From Yuukianura sp. NJ FZ-2021 (lineage: Eukaryota), in contig CM102285.1 of NCBI GenBank assembly GCA_046563655.1, positions 9,362,001 to 9,426,000 on the forward strand: a DNA stretch of 64,000 nt. The letters run 5' to 3'. The notes beneath the pieces were generated by a model that searched no databases, was not told where the DNA came from, and worked only from the letters and a program-made list of their open reading frames with translations. Shown here in pieces: positions 49,901 through 63,400 of this stretch. Numbering within the stretch: position 1 is the stretch's first letter; each line of letters begins with the position of its first letter. The translations under genes were made by a program, and so were the position numbers.

Positions 49901-52900
49901 AATCGTTCTTATAAAACGTTTACGAGAAGTCGCTTGATTTGATAGACCAAAATTTTTTATCTAGATAAAAAAACGGGAAAGCATTTTACCGATAATTAAT
50001 TCCTGGGAGGATCCATCGATCATTCTGTCTTCGATTTCAAGCTGAAACTGGTTTGAACCAGCAACCCACAGAGGTTAAACGAACGCTTTTTGGTGCTGGA
50101 TCAGATTAAAAATTGAATTGAAAGTAGCTTTTAAGTGACCATATTACATGAGGTTAACTTACGATGTGCACTTAAAGACGGTCATGTTTAATTAATTCTA
50201 CCCCAGTCCCCCTTCATTCGCAACTTCTACATAACCTAACCACTACCAATGCTCAGCATGTCTTTGTTTGCAAAAACCACTTCAAAGATGCAGCTAAAAA
50301 TGGAGTTTGCGATTGTGATACGTTGTTGTAAAACTATTCAAAAACTGGAAGTGACGTATTTGCTCAAGTCCACTCGAGGGACGGACTAGTTGCAAGGGGA
50401 AGAATAATGGAGTGCCTACTTTGTCACTAAAAGCGACAGTTTTGTCTACCATTGAATTCAGAATTCTAGAAATGAATAAGTTGCTGACTCGGACAATGAT
50501 TTTTGTACTTCCTCTTCCATGTTGAACGTCCGTTTATATTTTCACGAAGACGTAGTTGTGTTACATTGCGAAACAAGAGAATACAGCAAGATTACGTATA
50601 CATCCCAGTATGGTTACTTAATTGATCAGCGCTTCTTTTAAACACGGGAGGCAGTTATAGTATATACCTGTATTAAATTGTAATTGAAAGTGAAAGTCCT
50701 GTCAAGCTATGAGTAGTAATTGATTTTGTTTACTTTTCCATTTGTGTATTATCTCTGTTCTTCAAAACTTTCTTTGGGTTTTACTGATCAAATGAAAAAG
50801 AAATTACTAAAAACAAAGTAAAATTGGAATCCCGAAATTTCACCGTGGGTTAGCTCGCAGAAATTTTGGAATTGGCAGGGAATCGGTAGGTTTTTGAAAT
50901 CGAGAATGAAATAAAGTTAGAATTTCCTAAGGCTGCTTGAAAATGACCTTTCTCTGACCTTTCTCTATTTAGTTTATATTGTTTGGAAAAATAGCACTTC
51001 GTGATCCGTATTAAATTAAGGTTTGTGATACCGGAGCCAACTCCAAAATTCGATCTCCACTCGGAATTGTTTTTGTTGACTTTTCTTCACTCAAGAGTTA
51101 CGACAATCTTCCCATCGTCTTTTGCTCTTTTTGCTGCTTCACCTAACTTTCTCATGTTTACTTTCACTAGATCCTAATTTCTAATAGTTTTGAAGTGGAT
51201 TGAGATGGATCCCACCAAAAATTAATCCCGCACAACCCCATTGCTTTGAAAGTAAATTGCGTCGTTAAAAAACAACTCAAAAGCCATTTCTTCCGCTACC
51301 AACGTCAACTTTGCTCACCCGAACTGTATCCATGTATTCAGTGACGAATTAAACTCACATCTTCCTGGTATTTGGTTTAGTTAGTAGTTTTGAAAATTGT
51401 GTCAAGCTCAGTTTCTATTTTAAATAACTTGAAAACAAAAGTAGCAAACAAACACAAACAAAGTACATTGTGTTATGAGTACACTCGACAAGTACACTTG
51501 AAAAAGTAGAAGTTTTGTTACACTGGAGAGACGTTATGTTTACTTAATTAAATTAGCAAATTTAATTTAACAAGAAGGAATTGCGTTTAAAATTGTTTGA
51601 CTCGTAGACAAAGCATTGATCACAAAAGTAATTATTTGGCGTTAGCGTTTCAATTAATAATTTACCAAATCTTCCCCTACCTCCAGATCCTATGAATTTA
51701 ATTGGGTACATGCTTTACTACAGTTTTGTGTTCTCAAAATTTTGAAGCTTAATTTGAATTTAAAATGGAAAAGCAGTTTTGATTAAGTTTCTCGAATCTA
51801 CTTTCAAGCGTTTCAAGCAGAAATCAATTTCCCATTTCGCGGAAAACCCCCCAGGATCCATCCGGATCCGGATTTTAAATTTTGGTTTGTTCTTATTTCG
51901 GGATTGAGTTTGCTTACATCCAATGCTCCAGGATTTCGGAAGTCTGTATAGAAACCACCAACCCAAAAATAAACAATGCCAAAAACAATATGTTCATTTA
52001 CGTAACGTATCCGGGCTGAATTTGTTGCTTTTCTTTGCTTCAAAATATTTTGAAAGTTTAAAAATTATGTGACTTCTGTTTTGACATGTTCTCTTCTTTA
52101 CAGACCGTTTCAGTTGCAGTGTCTGTTTTGACGCTAAGTGGAATTTCCGTGGAAAGGTGGTACGCCATTTGCTACCCCCTCAAATTCAAAGCCACAACAA
52201 AACGAGCCAAGACGGTCATCTTCCTCATTTGGATCATATCCCTTATCTTCGGTAAGGTTTCAACAATTTTTCTATGTTTTGAAACTCGTTTTTCAGATTT
52301 GGTTCGAAATTGAATTTATTTCATAGGAAATGCTAGCACATAACTCAAAGTTTTCAAGAGAAAGTTTTTTTTGAAGAAAGTCAATTGAACCACTGTGTTC
52401 CCAAAAACTCTCAATTCTATTTTCTCCACATTCGATATGACTTTGATTTACGAACCCAATAATAAAATCGTAATTCAAAATTGATTCCTTTTCGAAAACT
52501 GTTCCTTTCGTATCTAAAATTTGTCTTTTGAATTGATAATGTACTGCTTAAAGCGCAGTTGGGCCGTAATGGCCTGACTTTCCCCATCCCTCGGCCAAGT
52601 TTCACCAAACTGCACTTAGACTTGATTGCCCTGGAGTGACTCTATGAAATTGCCTAGCCAAACTGTCGCCAAGTCTTCTGAGCAACTTTTGTGTTTTCCA
52701 CACTTATGCGCTTTCCGGTGACCTTGGGGAGTCACAAGTTGCGGTGGCAGGGTTAGGGAAAGGGAAAGTGCGTGTCTGGGAAAATACTGGGAGGAATAAC
52801 TCTGTCACAGTTGTAAATTAGACAGCATTTCTGAAAAACGGAATGAATGGACCAGAAAGTGTTTGGAGTCCTGGGACTCCATTCGAGATTTTGAGTAGCC

Positions 52901-55900
52901 TCGGAAGAGACGCATAAAGTATATGATCTTCACTCGAAAAGTTTTCTTTTGTCATACCGATTCCTCCTATTTTTACTGACTTCTTTATGGATGATGTTGG
53001 TTATCTGGAGAAGCTTTCTTTCCTTTCTCCAGCTTCAGTTGAATCATTTTTCACTGCAACAAAAGACCATGAAAGTAAATCAGAAAAGTAACAAAATCCA
53101 AAATCCATTTATCTAGGGCCTGTTTGTCAGTAAACAACTGAGGTTCAGTATAAACATTTGAGTCTGATGGAAAGATGCAATCATCCATATCTAACTCAAG
53201 GGAAAACATTACACAAGTTTCAATATCACTTCTAGCATCTACTATTTCTGCCAATTTTGATTTGGCATGAGTCTATCAATCTTTGCTTCGGAGAGTTTTA
53301 TTAGTAGCAATTGTAAGTGGAAAACGAAATGCAATCCCTCTATCAAGTCTAGTCGCAAAAGCATTCCATTTCAGTTTTTCCCACAAATGTTTCACTCGAA
53401 AACGAAATATAGTACGTTGAAACTCTAATTAACTTGCATACCAACGGTAGGTAATGAAATTTTTCATTTCATTCCAGTTCTTCTTACTAACCAATGCAAT
53501 TTCCTGCTTTTCCGATAATTTATTACGAAGTGAAATATTTTTCTCAAAGTTTGTTGATTTTCAGGGTAAAATACAAAATTAAAATAAGGTTTCATGCATG
53601 TCTTTGAAAAATCGGCTATCTTCAGCGCAATGAAAATGTTACTAATGTCGCGTTGCATGAACTTTTACTGTTATGTCACTAGCAATTTTCAGGTGAATGA
53701 ACCTGGCGTTCCAGCCAATTGAAATTGATTTTCTAATGACTCTCTTTTGTGTACTTCTTCCAGCCGCACCCGAACTGATTGTTTTGGAGACCCAAGAGAG
53801 AGAAGATCTAAACGTGACGACGGTTTACCTGACACAGTGTAGTGCTACATGGTCATTTGAATACGAAGCGACCTATGTCACTGCCCGCGTCCTGGCGCTG
53901 TACTTGGTTCCGCTGTCCTTCATGTCCCTTGCTTACTACAAAATAGTACGGGTTCTCTGGAGCTCTGCAAACATTCCTGGAAACCATGAATCTCCACGCA
54001 TGAATCCATCGTGTCATAGTCAACACAATGGCCACACCTACGGAAATTGCAATGCGCAGTGTAAGTACAATTTAAATGGAGAACTTCCTGCTTCCAAGGA
54101 CTTTTTGGTGATTTCAAAGAATTTGGAGTTTATGAATTTCTGAAGTTGAAACTTGAAAGGTATTCATAAATTTTTAGGACCAGTTCTGGGAATTGTTAAA
54201 AATAAGAAGTTTTTTTTGAAAGATTCGAATTAACCTTACTGAAGTTAAGGAAGGAAAAGCTCAAAGGTAACTTCAAGGTGAATCGAAACAGAATTTGATC
54301 TTTCGAGCAAGGAGGCTTTACATAATTTAGCAATTTTGTATAACTTCCCTTGTCTTGGGTAGCTAAAGTTCATAGTTTCATCCCTACTAAGTTAGAAGGT
54401 AGCTCTGCATCCCTTTTCATCAAGATGATTTTTGACTGCAAGAAGTCCAATTTTACTCAACTTTTCCATTCATCCAGAGCTTAAGCCTTAAGGCCGTTTC
54501 ACACCGGACCACTGGATGGATTTTCCTTCCACTGGACGGCAATCCAGTCTTTCACACCAGATTTAATACGTCTGGATGGATCATCCAGAGAAAGTTGGGG
54601 TGGATTTTTTTTCCATGGACTGGATTTCCGTTCTTTCACACCGAAAAATCCATCCATGGAAATTTTTTCCACTGGATTTTCTTGTAATGCTGAGAGATGG
54701 GAGAAACGATCCAGACCAAAAGTTCATTCAGGTGAACTTTTGGTCTGGATTGAGTTATGATTTGTCTTACCTTGCCCCAATTTTCTCACGGGCGCGCTGA
54801 TCGAAAGTTTATAAAACGACAAAACAAATCAAACAGCACTAGTTTTTTTAATAACAATACACAACTACAACTTCGCTTTGATTTTAGTAGAAAGATAATT
54901 ATTATTTACAATTAATCAAAGTTATAATGGATAACGATGGTAAACTGCACGACGGGGACGAGTTGTAAAGTTAAGCATGGCGCCATGCTATTAATCTAGT
55001 TGTTTATAGTAAAGCTGAAGTGTCCAATTTAGAAAAACTTTGTGACTTGCGTGCCAGCCAAAAAGTTGACCTCTACCAAACTTGCTTAGGTCAATGATGG
55101 GATCAACTTCTGTCCTGTGACTCATGACTCTCGACCCTGCGACCACACCCTGAGACTATAGGTTAGGTTCCGTTAGGCAAAACTACTCAGGTTGATAAAA
55201 CTATACTCAAATGGAAGGAACTGATCATGTCAAAGGTCAAAGGTCACGTCAAAGGTCAAACATCATGACACCTTTTTCAGCATTTTGTCAAAGGTCATAT
55301 GACACATACGAGCCAAGTTCTAGAAAAATCAAGCAATTATTTCGAAATTTGACCTTTGACCCACTTTGACGGTAATTTTTTCATGTGTCACGGGCCATGT
55401 CACTCGCAAAAGGATTACAATTCCGCGCCGGTCATTTACTTGCTTTTCAGAAATTCAATGGAAAATCTCTGTTCACACCGCATCCATGGAATTTTTTTCC
55501 AATGGACGGAAAATCCATCCATGGAAAAAAAATCCACCCCTCGCTTTCCCCAAAATCTGGTGTGAAAGAGTCAAAATTTTATCCATGGACTGGACGTCCA
55601 GTGGACGGAAAATCCATCCAGAGCTCCGGTGTGAAACGGCCTTTAGAGACAGCCTTTTGTAATGCCAACATAAGCAGTATTATTATACGTGAAGCGTAAT
55701 CCTCCTCCTCCCACCAAATCCAAAGCCTACTGACAGACCTAATCATACGTTTCATTGAAATTGCGCCTTTGCAAGTCTTCGTTTTTTCTAATACATTGGA
55801 AATTTCCACAACTTTCTCCGGGTTGCTGGGTTATTGAATTACTTTTCTCTTTCTTTCCCTTTCATTCAAAGATTTGATTTAGAACTGGGCAATACAGATT

Positions 55901-58900
55901 TTTTATTCAAAATTCCTCTAAATTGAATTTGTGCAAGACAGAACCGACAAAATGCTGTGATCCGAATTCTATATTCCGGCAAATCAAAATAGACATTTCC
56001 AGTTCCCTAGCTTTTTTCCAGCAAAAGTGTGACCTTCAACAAAAGCTTCCGAATTTTGACCCGACAGGATTAGTACTTGTACTGCGATGCAGAGGATTTT
56101 AATTTACTTAAACACTTTAGCAGTAAATGTTTGGCTTGCATACCAGTATTTATTACAATATCTAACATGTACTTAAGCCTTGTCAAGTCAAGAACAATAT
56201 TTTCACATTATGCCCAAACAGTTTTTTTAACAAGACGTGCCTTTGGAAAAAACGACGTTTTAATCTCTTTTAACTGCATTAATTCCTTGAGTTGTCTCCG
56301 AAATGTTCAATTTAAAAACGTAAAAAAGTGCCTAACAGAAATCTGGCCAGATTCTGGCTAATTTTTTTTCTTTAAACTTTTAATTTTTAAAATTGTCTAC
56401 AGATTTTTTTCAGAACAAAAGTATTCAGACGGTTGATTTTCTGCAAGAATGAGCGTCTTGGGGAAAATTGGAAAACTCAATTATTTTTTGAGTGACAGTG
56501 GAAAGCTGGGTGTCATCCCTTTGGCATTGTTCAGGAAAATATGAGATTATCTTGGATCTGTTTTTGGCGTATTTTGAGTCATGGTGAAAGGTTAGCTTAC
56601 GTAGGCGACGTTGTTTTCTTCAGTATCTTTTTGGACTTAGCTTTCACTCTACCCATAAACCCCTTTTAAGCAAAATCTTTTGTTGAAATGTACCTTTTAG
56701 ACAAGATTCTTGGCAATTCTTTACTCTTCCGTGTTAAACGATAACAAAAGCCGCGTGAAAGGTTTGGATGCCTTTATCTTCACTTTATGCGCTCCAAGCT
56801 TCATTTCCGAATTACTGAAGTGGCATACTATCTTCCATCTCTTCTTCTGTTCAAACAAGGCCTCAAGGTGTTGGCATCCGATTAGAAGCCACTTTTCTAA
56901 AGTACATACCTGATACTCAAACATCATAAAGTTAGAGCGGAAATAGTTTGTACTAAGACACCGGAAATTCAAGGTTATGCTCTATCCTGTTGAGTAGAAA
57001 CTTGAACAAAAAAGAGTTTTCGAATTTGAAGTTAGGTTAGACGTGTTCAGGAGTTATAAAGTTAGTTCTTCTATGTAGTTGTGACCTGAAGGTTTCCCGA
57101 AAATTATATTTTTCTTAACGTTGGGAAGGGAAGGTAGTAGTCTGACGTGTACAAATTACTGCAAAACTGAAGTTGAGCTTTCACCCTTAAAGCCCGTATC
57201 AAACCTAAGACTTTCTCTGTTGTAAATGGTACTTTCCGAAAAAGGTTAACTAGGTCATTACAACAAGAAAAAGTTTTGAGAGAAAGTTTCCTTTCACTTG
57301 ACGGACAGCTTTGTTTAAAAGTTTCCTTGTACATAAAATAGGGAACTCGTACACGGTTTCCACATTTTTCAAACAAGGAAGCAATTCAAGTTGAGCTTCT
57401 ATGTTGATAAGATCGTTCATCATACAAATTGGTCCTGTTAAGATTAGAAACATCAAACTCGGGGAAGTTTCAAATTGCATAGTTCTCAATTTAAAAACTT
57501 TAGCAACTAGAAAAAGGGCTTAAAAAAAGCTGCGAGGCAGTCCGGAGGCCTGGATAACTCACTGTCAGTTTCAGAAAAAATTTAAGACCTGAGGTTAGAT
57601 AAGTAAAAGTGGTAGTAAAAGGTTCCGGCACCGGAGCCATCTGAAGTTAAGATCAACCGAAAATGGCTCAGAGTGCTGTTTTCTATTGAAAAATTTCCGA
57701 TCGGATCAAAGAGAAAGGATTTTCACTGTAGGCTATACGCTGCTTTTGCATTTAGTAACAAACATTTCCATCGCCCATTGGACCATAAGTGTTTACTTGT
57801 ATTGAAAAACACTTTCACTTTATGTTACTGAGCTTTTACTACTTCCATTTTCAAGTTCAATGTAAGCAATCGGTTCCTTGTGTCGATTCAATGAAACTGA
57901 AATGATCCAAAATGGTTTTCCAAGTACCGGAAGAGATAAAGGGAAAGTAGGCGCCACTTTTTAAGGACTCAAACAAAGAAAGAAACTGAGAAGAGCAAAT
58001 ACTCGTATTCAAGTGTGTTCAAAACTTTGTACATCAAACTATTGAGAACACTTGTAGTTCGATGAAATAAATCTTCTCGGTTCATGCACTGGAGTGTCAG
58101 TTTCTTCTAAATTTACGACTTTGTATGACAGGGCAGGAGTCAGCGGTAGTTTTTCTAAACGAGTTTGTAGGAAATATAAAATGTGTAAGTAGCCAAAGGA
58201 AACAAAATTGGCGACATGTCCAAGTAATGCCAAGTTCCTGGCAAGAACTTTGGTGTCGAAATGAAAGGAAAATGCTTGAGCATGACTCTGCGATTACCAT
58301 TTGCATTGTAATGTATGGTGATTACTTGTAGAATTGCTTCCTGTCTTCCCTACACCATGTGAACTTGAAATAAGTCGAAGTTCAGTTACAAAGCAATTGT
58401 GACTCTTTGACTCTAATAAAGGGAATGTCGCGGAAGTAATTTCTTACAAAAAAAAAGACTTTTACCCAGTACTTTCAAGGCTATTGAAAAGCGCTGGCAC
58501 AACATTGAAAATCGCAGCTATTCTGAATTTCGAATTTTGGGCATTAGGGCTAATGAGCATCATCAAAATATGAATTTCTATCCAACTTGCTTTTCTTTTC
58601 TTGTTAAAAGATCTGGATAAGAGAAAGTATCGCGGAAAAAGATGTAAATTGCTCGACAATTCTTTTTTGTAAAAAAAAAAATCACCAGCGGTGAAAGTTA
58701 TTTTCGCCATTTTTTTACATAAAGATTTGTGTGTGATATTTTCAGTGTTGAACATGTCTACTCGAGCACAGACGTCAGTGATGTATGGGAGTGCCGTTGA
58801 CCATCAACTGAATCAGCGTCGTAAAGCTGCTAAAATGCTGGTAGCAGTCGTTATCGTTTTTGCACTGTCCTACTTACCTGTCCATGTCTTTAGCATTGCC

Positions 58901-59088
58901 GCGTAAGTTCAGAGAAGTAATTACAAACTAGATTGAATTAACTACTCGCGCTAAATTTAATTCATTTGAACGCAGGTTGTCGACGGATATTGAGCAAACG
59001 GAACTTGTTGCTGCCGTGGCCATGATTGTCCATTGGCTTCCTTATGCCAATTCAGCAGTGAATCCAGTCATCTACAATTTTATGAGTG
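46928..59088 (+). CDS. Orexin/allatotropin receptor-like rhodopsin-family GPCR; exons 46928-47374, 52104-52251, 53764-54060, 58746-58902, 58976-59088; C-terminal exon(s) not seen in window
   Basis: YIYPTTIEWVLI, GLVGNGLVCMAVYRNHTMHSVTNYFIFNLAVADFMVILFCLPPTVVWDVTETWFFG, ERWYAICYPLKF, RRKAAKMLVAVVIVFALSYLP and HWLPYANSAVNPVIYNFMS are orexin/allatotropin receptor hallmarks. Phases are compatible. Confidence 0.9.
54491..55642. mobile_element. PIF/Harbinger-type MITE in GPCR intron
   Basis: Perfect 18-bp TIR AGGCCGTTTCACACCGGA (54491-54508) / TCCGGTGTGAAACGGCCT (55625-55642), TTA target-site duplication (54488-54490, 55643-55645), imperfect subterminal inverted repeats with recurring TTCACACC and ATCCATGGA motifs. 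No coding capacity. Confidence 0.85.
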
Positions 59089-59913
59089 GTGAGTGCTAAG
59101 CTTTAGGCGGGTCAACCAATTGGACTTAATGGCACTCCTGGTCAAATAGCATGAAAAGGACAAACTAAAGCCGTAGAACAAAAGTGCACTTGTAGCCTCC
59201 AGTTAGTGACAGGAGAGTAATTAACCTAATTCAGAAGGAATTGGATCAATTACTACTACACATGCCTACTAACCCAGAATGAAACAGCGAATGAGATTGG
59301 CTTGTTCAATTAGCAAAATTAACTGTTTTACCCGTACTAACTTCAAGTTGTTTTAATTTGCCAAATTTTAACTCTCTCTTCAATGTCAACTCCTGTTGAA
59401 TCCAAATTCGAACTTTGGCGTATGGTTAATTTCAATTGCGTTTTTATTTTTCTCAGTTTTTGGAAATACAATTGAAATATGGTGCTGTTTTCAAATTTTT
59501 TTATTTTCAAAAACATTCAGAAATTGAAATTGTATGTTGTGGAGAATGTCGAACAAAAGAAGCGTGATTCTCCATAAGATTTTATAGTATACACAAAACA
59601 TAGTTTCAAGTCACTTTTCTTTTGTGCTTCACATGTGACTGAATTTCAAAGTGTTGTTTGATGCGTATGGAAAATCACAGTGAACTTTTCAATTTTTCGC
59701 ATTCCAAGTTTCTTTCCATCCAAAGCCCAAAACGCGTGACATCAAAAGAGTTGTTGAGCAAACAGAAATAAATATTTACACCCAGCACACTTCAAAAAGT
59801 GTTGAAGACTCTAAATCGTATGCCACCCTTTTAATGTGCATGCTCAAACAAACTAATTTGTTCGTTTGATATGTTCGGAAATTACTGAATTTCCAAATGA
59901 TTCCCGTTCTGAA

Positions 59914-60384
59914 TGTTACGGAAAAATTCCTTTCCTAATTCACATCTCATTTTCTCTGTTTCTTGTCTTAATTCTTTACTCCCGTCGACCTTGCTCTTGA
60001 CTCGGTCATTTCAAGGTCACTGGAAAGTTCCAGAGATCTTAGCATGCCGTCTCCATGAGTTTCAACAATCCATGGAACCTCCACTAAGAAACATGTAGAA
60101 AACCATCGGCAAAACACTACAGGTGAATTGGCTTTGGTTTTCAGCGCTATCCAGTCAACCTGGATAGCCACTCAGTGTGAACTTGTATGCCTGATTGACA
60201 ACTTGTCTCCCTTAAGTTTAAGATTTCGAATAAACCCAGAAAAATTGCAATTTCGGTGGTTTTGGGAAAATATAACAACACGTTTTTGTACGGTTCATAC
60301 TCACACTAGGACACAATCGATTTAAGTGGAAAGTAGCATAGTCAAATTTAGGATTCATTCGCGAAATTCACTTATTCCCCAACA
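59914..60384 (+). mobile_element. Candidate 5' LTR of the BEL/Pao element
   Basis: TGTT (59914) ... AACA (60384) termini typical of BEL LTRs, internal AATAAA at 60229, directly upstream of the gag-pol ORF. No second LTR in the window to confirm, and no clear PBS. Confidence 0.4.
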
Positions 60385-60439
60385 TTATTTTTGCAATTTT
60401 GGTGTTTCCTGTGACTGTGTCCTGTGATTCACTCTCAAA

Positions 60440-63400
60440 ATGTCAACTTCTGAAACAAAGTCATCGTCAACATCCTCATCGGGATCGACGTCATCCAAAA
60501 CTTCCTCTGATTCTGACACCATTGTAGAAAAGAAGGAGACCATGAAGGACCCTCCGATCTCATTCGAATGGGCCCATTTCTCATTAGAAGACTTCGTTCC
60601 CCGTTTGGAAGAAGCATGGAAGAACGACTTCGAATCCTGGCATACCTCTTCACGCGCGGAAATTAGGTTTCATCGCTTGAAATGGGGAAAACTAGACGAA
60701 GAGTTCCGAGCACTACGAACGGAGTTCGTGAGGTCAGTTTCTGTGTTGAAAGATGCAGCAACCATCATGAAGGACTATTCTGGTCTTCTTAAGCGTTGTG
60801 ACACTTTACTCGATAACTGTAGCATGAAAATCCTGTTAGCCGAGGACGACCTAGCAAGTACTGCACCTACGAATCTCAATTCTTCAAGTTCCGGTCAAAC
60901 CGATACTCCCAAGTTTCAGTTCAAATTAGACCGAATCAAACTCCCAAAGTTTAGTGGCAAATTTTCGGAATGGGAGGAGTTTCGAGATCTCTTCGTCTCT
61001 GCCGTAGACAAGAATCCAACTCTCTCAGGAGCCGAGAAAATCGTTTATTTGAAAACTTCATTGTCAGGTGAGGCACTAGCGATTATTCAATCCTTTAAAT
61101 CTACTGAAAGTGCCTACACAGACGCTTGGCAAGAAGTCTTACGCCGCTACTCCAATCCACGTGAGATTGTGTTTTCGCACATTCGCAAGTTTGATGACCT
61201 ACCTAAGTGTCACGATAGTGCTCATGATATCAGGAAAGTCACCGATCATTTGAACGAGCTCATACGCTCGCTCAAATCCCACCAAGTGCCTGTGGAGCAT
61301 TGGGACATCGTTCTAATCTTCCTAGCACTGAAGAAACTAGATTCAGAAACGAAGAAGGAATGGTTACTGACCCAGGACATTGAACTGCCGAAGTTGAGTG
61401 AGTTCATTTCGTTTCTTGAGAAAAGGGCTCGAGCCCTAGCGGACGTTTGTCCCAAAAAGACTGTTCCAGCGCAAAAGGCCAGTGAACAGGTTCTTCAAAA
61501 GAAGGAGCGATTCAAGTCCGTATTCGCTACAGAAGTTTCTTCTGAACAAAGTGATGTTAGTTCTACAACTAACCAGGCCAAGTGCAATCTGTGTGGTCAA
61601 TCCCATCGCATTCATCAGTGTGATTCCTTCAAAAATCTCAGTGTTAGTGACCGCTATGCATTTATCAAAAAGAATGGACGATGCTTCAACTGCTTGGCTT
61701 ACGGCCACAAGGACGCTGAATGTAAGTCCAAATTTACGTGTTCGGATTGTGCTAAACGTCACCACTCCCTTCTGCATAAGGATTTGAACCAATCCTCCGA
61801 TTCCTCCAAGCCTACTGCTGCAGGATCCTCAAAACCGAAAAACAGTGATCCAAGTCCCCCTTCGGCTGATAGCTCTCAGAGCTTCCACACTTCATCACAG
61901 TTCAACTGTCAAATTCTACTTGAAACTGCCGTTGTTTCTGCGTTGAACACGAGAGGTGAACCAGTGACTGTGAGAGTTTTTGTTGACAAAGGAAGTCAGA
62001 TCGATCTTATCACTGAAAACTGCGTCAATAAGCTCGGTCTACCACGTTCTGGTAAACCTAACAAAATTTTGGGACTTGGAGGTACGATTGTTGGGAACAC
62101 CAGAGGTAAAGTTGATGTAACACTTTTATCAAAGGTTAACAACTATTCTTTGTCATTCTCTCCTGAAATTGTGGACAAAGTAACCAGTGGCAGTCTCCCC
62201 TCCTTTCTCGGACAATCAAAGTTTCCCCATCTTCAGGGACTTAAATTGGCCGATCCTAAATTTTATGAACCCCGACCAGTTGACGTTATGTTGGGTGCCA
62301 GATTCGCTTCAGTAATCAAGACTGGTGGTTTCATTCCTGGTCCTAAAGGGACACCGTCTGCTGAAGAGACACAATTTGGATGGCTACTTTCAGGGCCACT
62401 CCCTAGCCACATGCCGGAACGGATGACGAATCCCGTCCATCATTCCAATTTTCATCTTTCATCTCTCGATACTCCCAGTTTAGACAAGACACTAGAAAAG
62501 TTTTGGGAACTGGAAGAAGCTGAGACTCTTCGATTTCCCCGGTCAATTGAAGACTCACAATGTGAAACATACTTCAAGGAAACGACAGTTCGTGATGACG
62601 AAGGACGTTACGTGGTATCACTTCCATTTCGTGAATCCCGTCCCGAACTCGGTTCTTCCTTATCGATGGCTACTCGCAGATTCTGTTCCGTGGAATCCCG
62701 AATGTCCAAAAATCCCGTTCTAAAATCTGAGTACCTCAAATACTTTGAGGAGCACATTGCTTTGGGTATCATGGAATCCATTCCTACTGACGAACTTAAA
62801 GTTGAAGTTCCGCTATCTTACTACATGCCATACACTGAAGTTCTGAAGCAATCAAGTTCAACAACTAAGTTCAGGGTGGTCTACGACTGTTCTGCCAAGA
62901 CGTTTCAGGGCCCCTCTCTTAATGAAGTGCTTCTCCCTGGCCCTAAACTTCAAGTTGACTTGATCAGTCTGCTCATTCGTTTTCGTCTCTTCCCTGTTGC
63001 CATTTCAGCGGACATCTCTAAATTTTTTAATCAAATTGGCCTTTCAAAAGAACATCAAGACTATCAACGTCTCGTGTTCCGAGAGGATCCCAGTGTTCCG
63101 CTACGACATTTCAGAATGAAGCGTTTGACTTTCGGAGTCACTTCTTCTCCTTATTTGGCTTCAAGGGCACTACATCAACTTTTTGACGACGAATGTGTAG
63201 ATCCCAGTGTAATCGACATAGTGAAAAATGACACACTAGTTGATAATGTTCTTTCTGGTGCTTTCACTATTCCTAGAGCCCTTGACATTCAACAGGAGCT
63301 CCTGAAGACTGCTTCCAAAGGAAAATTGGATCTGAGGAAGTGGGCGTCCAACGTACCCCAGCTCTTAGAACAGATTCCTGTTCCTGATCGTGAAGTTAAT

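Noticed and set aside
51850..52015. GGATCC/TCCGGA-rich palindromic patch in GPCR intron 1
   Set aside because: Too short and degenerate to define an element.
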